Under the pieces are notes generated by a model, which worked only from the letters and a program-made list of their open reading frames with translations, searched no databases and was not told the DNA's origin. From assembly GCA_048213135.1 (NCBI GenBank), contig PS015037.1, positions 102,000 through 145,407 on the forward strand: a stretch of DNA of 43,408 nucleotides, given 5' to 3'. The position numbers and the translations under genes are program-made. Shown piece by piece: positions 14,801-23,151 of the stretch. This DNA is from Reclinomonas americana ATCC 50394. Taxonomy: Eukaryota. Numbering within the stretch: the first letter of the stretch is position 1; each line of letters opens with the position of its first letter.

Positions 14801-15810
14801 NNNNACGTCACCACGTAGCCTGCAAGTGAGTGAGTGAAAGTGAGTGAGGAGGTGATGCGGTGAGAGAGGGAGAAGGAAGAGTGCTGCTGCGCAAACCGTC
14901 GGGAGTGATCTCTCGCAGGGCGGCATTGTTCTTGTCGTAGACCAGGACGCCACCCGACGCCCACGTCGCACTGCCACTCGGTGTGTTGAAGCGCGCACTG
15001 GTGGCCAAGGCGTCGAGGAAGCCAGTGGTGGCGGAGGTGCCGGCGAGTGCGGCAATGGTGCTGCTGTTGGCGCTGACACGGCGCACCTGTTGATTCGAGT
15101 CGGAGATGTTGATCACGCCGCTGGTGGGGTCGACAGAGATGCCGGTGGGTCCGTTGATGCGGCCCGGCAGTGCACCATTGACGGTGGCTGCAGTTCCGTC
15201 GCCCGCCAGCGACGACACGGTGGAGTACAGCAGCGACAACTTGCGGAGGAGGTTGCCGCCCGTGTCGGTGACCAGCAAGTCGCCGCCGGTGTCCGCCGTC
15301 ATGTACTGAATCGAGTTGAAGACGGCGGAGGTGAAGGCTCCGTCGGTGGCCGCGCCGGCGGTGGTGCCGGCGACCAGCGTGATGGTGCCGTCGGGCGCGA
15401 TCTTGCGGACTTGTGCGTTGCCCTGCATGCATGCAAACACGTACATGTTCGGATTCAGTATTTCGTGGAGAGGCGAGTTGTCTCACTCCCTCTCTCTCCC
15501 TCTCTGCTCACCGAGTCGACGACGTAGAGATTGCCGAGCAAGTCTGGCACGAGTGCGCGGGGAGTGTTCAGCAGCGCCAGCTCACGCGGCCCGTTGCGGT
15601 TGCCGGTGGTGGAGAGGGTGCCCGCAACAGTGTACACATCGCCCGAGGGCGTGATGCAGCGCACCACGTGCCCCACCTGCTCGGTGGTGCACACTGCACC
15701 CTCGGAGGTGACAGCCACACCAAACGGCTGCGTGAACTTGGCGCTCCCCGCGTTGCCGTCTGCACCACACTCATGTTTTGGTATTGCTGTTTTGGGGCAA
15801 AGATGCAAGC

Positions 15811-15846
<36 letters not shown>

Positions 15847-16820
15847 CAGAGTAACCCGCTGTGTTTGACTGCGCGCCCGCCAGTGGGCACAGGTACGCCG
15901 AGTCGACAAAGACGCTGCCGAGTGACTGGTACATGCCATTCGAGTCCCAGCGCACACACACTTGGTAGTTGCCGGTGACCATGCTGGAGGTGTCGGTGTA
16001 GATCAGCATCTGTGTGGACGTCGACGTGGAGGTCATGGCGCCGACAAAGCCGGGCGCCGGCGACGGGGACTGGGGAGACGGCACCGTGCAGTCGGAGGCG
16101 AGAATGACTGCTCCTGAATCGCCGTCGACGCTCACAAAGTTGCGGCCTTTGATGAGGATGCTCCGATGCGGCAAGCGTGCAATCGCCGACGGTGCGATCT
16201 GGTCGACGGTGGCTGTGGGGGTGGAGAGGGGGTGAGAAGTTTTTTTGCGACAAAACATTGGTTGCGAAAAACATACCGACACTGCGCGTCGTGAACTTGC
16301 TGCCGCGTATGCTGAGTGGGGCGTAGAATGGCTTGCCCTCGCTGCCTGCTCCCTGACATTGTGGCACTGCGAAAGGGGAAACGAGAAAGAGAGAGAGAGA
16401 GAATGACCGTTGTGCCAGTTTTGGTCATGCGTGAGCGGTGTGCGAAAACACAACAGCGAGAGAGATTCCAGTGCGCACCAACGGACGTGTAGGCGGCCCA
16501 TGCACTGTCGGCAGCGGGCGTCAGTGTGGTGCGCATACGCAGGCCAGGCGTCGGTGTCGCGCGCCACGGCACATCGAGAGGACACTGCAATAAACAAGGA
16601 TGAGGGACCACTGGTAACCAAATATGGTAGTTCTGTCGTTCTTCTCGCTGACTGCACTCCACGCAATCACACACTTGACGCCACGCACCTCATCGTGTGC
16701 GTCGACTGTCGCCGTCCACGACACACACAAGGCGACGACGGCAATAAAGAGAACCACGACGATCGCGCTTGCGCATTGTTGTCGTGTACGTGATTGGCGG
16801 AACCGAACAGACACCGGCAT
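5875..16820 (-). CDS. 5' (extracellular) part of a giant polycystin-1/REJ-like receptor: signal peptide, about 8 Ig/IPT-like modules, 4 NHL-repeat blocks, CUB domain, REJ domain (multi-exon; interrupted by gap 14761-14804)
   Basis: ATG at 16820 followed by a hydrophobic signal (AIVVVLFIAVVALCVSW). About 35 GT-AG introns join exons in frame, giving many NHL blades (e.g. AKFNGPSGVAVRPDANVLVTELNNHRIR, AFNTPASMVEASDGYVFVSDSLNHVIR), a CUB (YSANLNCSWSL...RRLDTELGKDILSLY...LRFSSDSITQGYGWEV, ~7240-7785) and REJ motifs (LRPLPGVLSPGKTYTFHANVT; NTVPTLSGAVGVLPINGTARVTNFNITSPIGVDIDAPVRYSFYY; YMLTIGVIITDGLG). Exons between 16215 and 16690 are uncertain. Confidence 0.85.
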
Positions 16821-17230
16821 TGTTTTTTGCCTTACTTTTTCTCTCTTTTTCTGCTGCTTGTTGACGGCCAGCAGCGGCTCACTGCCACAAACAAAGAGGG
16901 GAGGGAGGGGGGAGAAACGAGAAAAAAAGGTGAGCCACCACGCAACGCCACTTGCCGTGTGTGTGTGTCGTTATGAACCTCTCTATTCAGTATACCGCAA
17001 TCACCGGCTTCTCACACTCTCTCTCTTGTGGGGGGACGCGACTGTGCCTGCGAAAATGGGACAGCGACAGGCACGGAAAGTAGCGATAAAGTGTGGCTTG
17101 TCTTCTCTCCTCCAGCACACACGAAAAGAAAATTGCTAACGTTCGCCTCGCCTTTGGTGGAAAGTGGCGTCGGCAGTTCGTCGACCCACACGAACCGTCA
17201 ATCACTGCTGATCACAACAATCACACACAA
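16821..17230. promoter_or_regulatory. Probable bidirectional promoter region between the divergent PKD1-like and RING genes
   Basis: 410-bp interval between ATG 16820 (-) and ATG 17231 (+). Positional inference only; no specific motif identified. Confidence 0.4.
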
Positions 17231-18883
17231 ATGGCGACGGCGATGGCGGAGGCCTCGTCCTCGTCACGACCACCCAGTCGACGTTGCGTCACACGCTGCC
17301 TGCCCCCTCCTCTCCTCTCTCCTCTCCTCTTGCTCCACGAATGCTATTTTCGTCCTTACGCGCGCGCAACCGACACACACAGCCTCGTCTCGTGGTCGTC
17401 GCATTCCACAACCGCCCTGGTTGCCTCCCGCTGTGGTGCTCACCCCCGAGGCAAGTCGACATCGACCGGCGCCGCCTTCTCCACCTGCCGCGCCCTCTGA
17501 GCTGGAGAGCTTTGGAGGATCACTCGCCGACATTGCGCGCTCGTGTCGCGATCATGCGGCACGGCGCATGCAGGCGCGCCGCCAGCAGTGGTATGAGTCG
17601 TACCAGGAGAACGCCGCTGTGGCCGAGGCGTCGCGCGTGACGTCACGCCGGCAGCAGCTGTTGGCGGAGGCCGAGGCTGCGTGGAATGGCATGTCGTTGG
17701 GGGATGTGTTGCGCTCAGCAGTGCCTCCTCCACCTCCTGAGCGAGTGTCGACTGCTGCATCAGTGCCAGAGGAGAGACATCATCCTGTACAGCAGCAGCA
17801 GCAGCAGCGGCTGCGACAGAGACAGCAGGCGGATGATGTGTGGGGTGGACTGGGGTTGGGTGACCTGCCAGTGGTGCGTCACGGACATGATCATGACAGA
17901 CCGCGCTCGTCGTCGGCGCAACGCTCTGAGGATCGGCCTCGGCGGCAGCAGCAGCAACCGCCGCCGCAGCCGTCGTCGTCGTCGCAGCGTGCTCTTCGTG
18001 AGGACAGCGATGATGTGTGGGGTGGGCGAGGATTGGCTGAGGTGCTGGTCCCGTCGCGCCCGAGCCGCTTTGTTGTCGAGATGGAGAGCATACGACGTGC
18101 TAGTGCGGTGGAGCAGCAGGAGGCGGTGCAAGTGGCGATGCCGAGGCGGCGACAGCCGCGCCCACCACCACCATCGCCACCACCACCACCAGAGCGACAT
18201 GAACCAGAACATCCGAGGAGATGGGCGAGTTCTGCTGTGCACGACTGGGAGGACCAGCCTGTACGCCGTGGTGGTGGTGGCAGTAGTTCACGTGCGGTGG
18301 AGCAGCAGCACGGGTTTGAGGAGGAGGCGGTGCGTGCGCGTGGCTATTACGATCTCAGTGCGGATGGCATTCGTCGTCAGCAACGGCGTCTGGCCGCACA
18401 AGAACGCCGTGCCGCGCAAGCCTACGCACCGCACTTGCCGCCCGCACAGGCGGCGTCGGCAGCCGCTCCCGCCGTCAATCGCATCATGTCGGACTTTGGT
18501 GAGCCGCCACCGCCACCGCACAGAGTGTGTGTCATTGCGCGAGGGAGAGAGACTCAAGACCTTCTTTTTCAATCGCAGTGCCCGACACGCAACCCGACTT
18601 CTTCTCGTACGAGAATCTGCTGGCACTGGACCGGCCGTTCCGCGACGGCCTGCCCGCCGCCCTCTTCAAGGCCATCCCGCGCGTCAAATACGACCCCGAG
18701 AAGCATCGCATCAGCGACTCGTGCACTATTTGCATGGAGCCGTACAGCCCAGGCACCACGGCCAAGATGCTCGGCTGCGGTCACCTGTACCATCGCGACT
18801 GCATCGCCAGCTGGTTCAAGAACAATGTGCGGTGCCCGATGTGCCGCTTCAACTGTCACACGAACTCGCACGACCCAACATGA
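17231..18883 (+). CDS. RING-H2 (C3H2C3) E3 ubiquitin ligase with long disordered N-terminus
   Basis: Exons 17231-17282, 17383-18498, 18579-18883 join in frame. C-terminus has SYENLLALD followed by CTICMEPY-x9-LGCGHLYHRDCIASWFKNNVRCPMCR. Confidence 0.9.
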
Positions 18884-18957
18884 GTGAAACATCGCGATCC
18901 GTCCTGTTGTCACGCAATTGTCTTGTTTGAGCTACGTAAGTGAGAGGGAGGGAGGGC

Positions 18958-19048
18958 ATGGAGGTAGACAGCAATGGGCCTCGTCGCGTGGCCATTTACT
19001 CCATGTGGCGAGTACCCGGCAGTGGCGCTCGTTGCGTCTCCACACGCG

Positions 19049-19082
<34 letters not shown>

Positions 19083-19818
19083 TGCAAACTGACTGACACA
19101 CGTACACACAGCACCCGCACCTGCCCATCCTCCGGAGCCACCCGCCTCCATTGCCAATCTCTTTGACACACACCCCTATGTGCCACAGATGGCTCCCGTG
19201 AGCAGCAGCGCAAGGCCGAGTGCAATGGGAAGAAGACGCATCAGTGCGCCTCCGAGATCATCATCATCATCAGTGGCATCCTCATCGTCAGTGCTGCCCA
19301 AGTCAGCACTGGCTGCGCTGAGCGACGGAACAGTGATGCAAGACCTCAACCTGCTCTTCCAACAAGCCGCCTCGCTGTCGAGACAAGCAAAGTTTCGCGC
19401 GGGAGTGACAACCAACAACAGTCGGCGATTGGTGATTGACTGATGAGTGTGTCCGGGCAGGGAGCCACCCGCGGCCAAACGCCGTCTGACACCTCGATCG
19501 CCTGCAAAGGCCGTTGATCCGCTGGCTGCCTCGTCCTCGACCGTTCCGCCCGTGCCATTACCGGTGCATGTGTCGCCCAAGCCGCCACCGGCCTCGGTGC
19601 TGTCGCCGGCGACAAAGCTGCTGCTGCGCAGTGCGCGCAAATCTAGTCGTCCGCGGTATGTTGCATGTTGTTGTTACGTGCAGTGTGCTTTCGGTTTTGC
19701 TGACTGCTAGAGTGAAGCACGGGCGCTGGTGGTGCGTCGCAGCGGCGCAGCAGGTTCGGCAGCTCGTCGTCTTGCGGTACAATGGCAAGTTTTCATTGTG
19801 TTTTCGTGCAGTCAAGCT

Positions 19819-19849
<31 letters not shown>

Positions 19850-20310
19850 AAGACGAAGACTCGGACGACAACGTGAAGATTGTGAAGCGGCCGGCGGTGA
19901 GCAAACCGCGCGGCACTGCTCGCAAGTCGCGGCGGCGCCTGGCAATGCCGGCGCCAGTGAATCCCAAGCAAGTCGTCGACCTCACGTTGAGCTCGGAGGA
20001 GGAGGACGACGACGAGGTCGAGGTGCTGCAGACCGACAACGACGACGATGTCATCGAGGTCGGTGTAAGCAAGAACAAGCGACGACCAGCATCATCGTCG
20101 GCCGGTCGCTTTGTGCCGCTCTCAGTGTGCTCCTCGCAAGGCCGACGAGTGGTCGTGCTCGACGTCGAATCCATCTCCTCTGCCGCCTCCGGTGAACCAC
20201 CAGTCACCAAGCGCAGACTGGTGAGCCACTCGCCTCGCGGGAGCACACTCACGCGCTCGCAGCAGTTGAAGACAACAACAACACGAACGTCGCGGAAAAA
20301 ACGACGCTGA
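18958..20310 (+). CDS. Disordered, probably nuclear hypothetical protein with acidic tracts, SIM-like motifs and basic C-terminus
   Basis: ATG 18958; introns 19031-19111 (GTTGCGT), 19392-19460 (GTTTCGC) and 19657-~19811 restore one frame. Last exon has poly-D, VVDLTLSSEEEDDD, DVIEV and VVVLDVES, and ends TSRKKRR*. Confidence 0.6.
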
Positions 20311-20333
20311 CACTGAACACACAATCAACAACA

Positions 20334-20725
20334 ATGAAAGCGCGCAGCTGTGTGACTGTGCTGTGTGTGCTCGTGGCCTGTGCGGTGTGCGTGCATGTGG
20401 TCACTGCGGCCATGTGTGGTGGCTCGGTGCGTCCAACACACACAAGTAACAGTCTTGTGTGTGTCTCACTATGTGTGTGTGCGTGTCTCACATGTATGCA
20501 GCCACCGACCCCCGGAGCACCAAACACTGCTGGCATTTACTCCGCCCCGCCTGTGTTTGTCAAGTCTGTGGTCAATGGAACTCTGTGGAAGGCACGCAGC
20601 ACTCTCTCTCTCTTGCGCACATGCTCTTCCCTTCCGCGACTGAGATAGGTGTGATTGCAGGCCGGTCAAGGCGACGACTCGATTTCTCTCGTGCATGTCT
20701 ATGGCACTCCGTATAGTGCGTGCTC

Positions 20726-20760
<35 letters not shown>

Positions 20761-20781
20761 CNNNNNNNNNNNNNNNNNNNN

Positions 20782-20824
<43 letters not shown>

Positions 20825-22073
20825 AGTGAAAGAATGCACGAGGGAATATGAGAGAGCAATGGCAGAATGCTAAAGGAATAATGAGGGAGCGATGGAGTGT
20901 GCGTGTGAGAAGAAATTGCGCTGTGGTGCTGACGTGTGTGACGATGCACGTCCGTTCCAGGACTACCCGGTGGTCGTGGTCTATCATCCGGATCCGGGCT
21001 TCGGCTTTGCGTTTGCCAATGTTGGTTGTGAGTAATTACCAGTCGCTTTCCTTTATCGCCTCCTCTGTATCTCAAAGGAGGGACGTACGACAGGGTCTGG
21101 CTGGATCGGCAGCATCACCGGCTTCTCGTCGAATCAGCTGGCCATCAGCGAGATTGGCGTGTACTTTAGCGACGAAACGTGGGGCGACGAGTCGTACTTT
21201 GGCGTGCCGTTTGTCGTTGCGTATCGTCTTCCCTTATCCCACATGCGCACCTCTTCGTGCTGCTCATGTCTTTCTTTGTTGCAGTACCTGCTGCGCAACA
21301 TTCTTCAATTCTCGTACACGGTCGACGACGCCGCTTCGTACATGGCCTCGGTGCAGCGCACGTGCCGCCTGCTCCTCGGTGTGGGCGACGGCAAGATGGG
21401 CTACTTCCGCGGCTTCCAGTACTCGCACTCTGTCCTCAACGAGTACGACCCGCTCAATCTGGAGCCTCTGTACGACTGGTTTGTGATCGCGATACACATT
21501 TTTGATTCACATGCCACCTCGTTCTCATCCATTCCGCGCGACACAGGCATCCACGAATCAGTTGCGCCTGTTATTCAAGCCTCGTTTTGTCGCGATGCAT
21601 TCTCACTTTCTTCTTCTTCTTCCGCAATTGTCACGCACAGACAACACGGTGTACTGGTGAGCGGAATGCGAAAGAGTCTTTTCGCGCAACACACTCACAT
21701 AGTTGTCGGGCGCAGGGGAATGGACTGGCTGTGCCCCGGCTACAACAAGCGTCTGGCGCAGGAGATCAACAGCAAGTGGGGCCACGTGACGCCGGAGAAC
21801 ACCATCAGCGACATTGTCGCGTACACGGCCACTGGTAACCTGCACGTTGCCGTGTACGACCTGACCAACCAGGCCATGTATGTGGCCAACGCACGCGGAA
21901 CCACCGAGTCCGGCAACGAGTGGGCCTACGAGCGTCAGTACGGTGAGCGAGAGAGAGAGAGAGCAGCAGCAAACGACGGTCTCATCATCCTCGTCGTCTG
22001 CACAGTGTTCTTCGACATGGCCAAGCTGTTCGCCGAGCCGCGCCCGAAGCTGCCGACGCTGTTGGCGCAGTAA
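20334..22073 (+). CDS. Secreted Ntn-hydrolase, peptidase C45/acid-ceramidase-like (similar to Dictyostelium dcd1-type proteins), copy 1; middle exons lost in gap 20762-20781
   Basis: Signal peptide. Spliced VHVYGTPY, NVGWSGWIGSITGFSSNQLAISEIGV, GVPFVYLLRNILQF, RTCRLLLGVGDGK, WHPRINNTVYWGMDWLCPGYN, TGNLHVAVYD, AYERQYVFFDMAKLF. Collinear with copy 2. Confidence 0.85.
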
Positions 22074-22218
22074 CTCACTCGCAAGGGAGAAATGAAAAAC
22101 CACGGCGGTGAGGTTATGTTGCGACTATGCGAAACAAGATCACATGTGGTCGGAGGGGGTGAGAGCTCGCTTCATCCACGTGAGCTTCAGAAACACTGGA
22201 GGTCGTTTTGCACTTGCA

Positions 22219-22630
22219 AGAGAGACCTCAGCAGCGAAACAAGTATCGCTTGTGAAGCTGATGGTTAGTTGCAGGCGGAGCGCGAGTGGAAGAAGTATGC
22301 TGGCGGCCCAGGCAGAGAGGGGAATGATTATCGAATTACGCTGGAACTTCGACAAGGAAATACAATATCGATGTCGCGAAGAATGCTGACTGCATGTGGC
22401 AGGCGAGCATGGGAAAATGAGGAGGAGAAGTACAGCGCAACCTCGCTTCATGCAGCAACTGCATGCAATTGAGAGAGAGACTTCGAAAGGGAAACAATAT
22501 CGCTTTTAAAATGCTGATAATTTATTGCAGGCGGCGTGGGGAGAGGAGGAGGAGGGGGAGATCTATAGTGCGACCTTGCATCGTGCAGTAGCTGCTTGGA
22601 AGAAAGAGAGTGACTGACTTCGAACAGGAT
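22219..22630 (+). repeat. Degenerate direct repeat, about 128-bp period, 3 copies plus a partial 4th
   Basis: Core gac(c/t)tc..g..a..gaaa..caa(g)tatcg...gctga...(t/g)gcaggcg recurs near 22219, 22345 and 22474; partial gacttcgaacagga near 22616. Confidence 0.55.
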
Positions 22631-22672
22631 GTCCTTCAGCACATTGTCCAAAAAACTCACTCGCCTCTCCTC

Positions 22673-23113
22673 ATGCGCGCTCCGATCTCGCTTCTCCTGG
22701 CGTGCCTCGTGGCCACCGCACTCGTGTGCTGCTTCACCGAGTCGGCATATGCCGCGTTTTGCTCCGGCAAGGTGCGCGGAGTGCACAGAGTGAGAGAGTG
22801 TGCAATGGCCGCCAACACATAGCACTGACCCCACGTTTTCATTAGCCTCCGACTCCCGGTCAGCCCAACACAACTCCAGTGTACACTGCTCCGCCCAAGT
22901 GGCTCAAGTCGGTGGTCAATGGCACTTTGTATGAGGCCGGCCAGGGTGATGATAGCATTTGGTGAGTGTGCGAGAGGGAAGGGAGTGGGAGAGAGAGAGA
23001 GAAGGAGGATGTGCGGAGAGATAGCAATCTGTGCAGACGGACGCACCCACATTGAGAGTGAGAGAGTGAATGTGAGTGAGAGTGTGAGAAGGAGGTTGTG
23101 TGGGGAGAGAGAG

Positions 23114-23151
<38 letters not shown>

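Noticed and set aside
17028-18887. 619-aa unspliced ORF as the real RING gene
   Set aside because: It reads through two introns and leaves the RING frame; the spliced 17231-18883 model recovers the RING-H2 domain.
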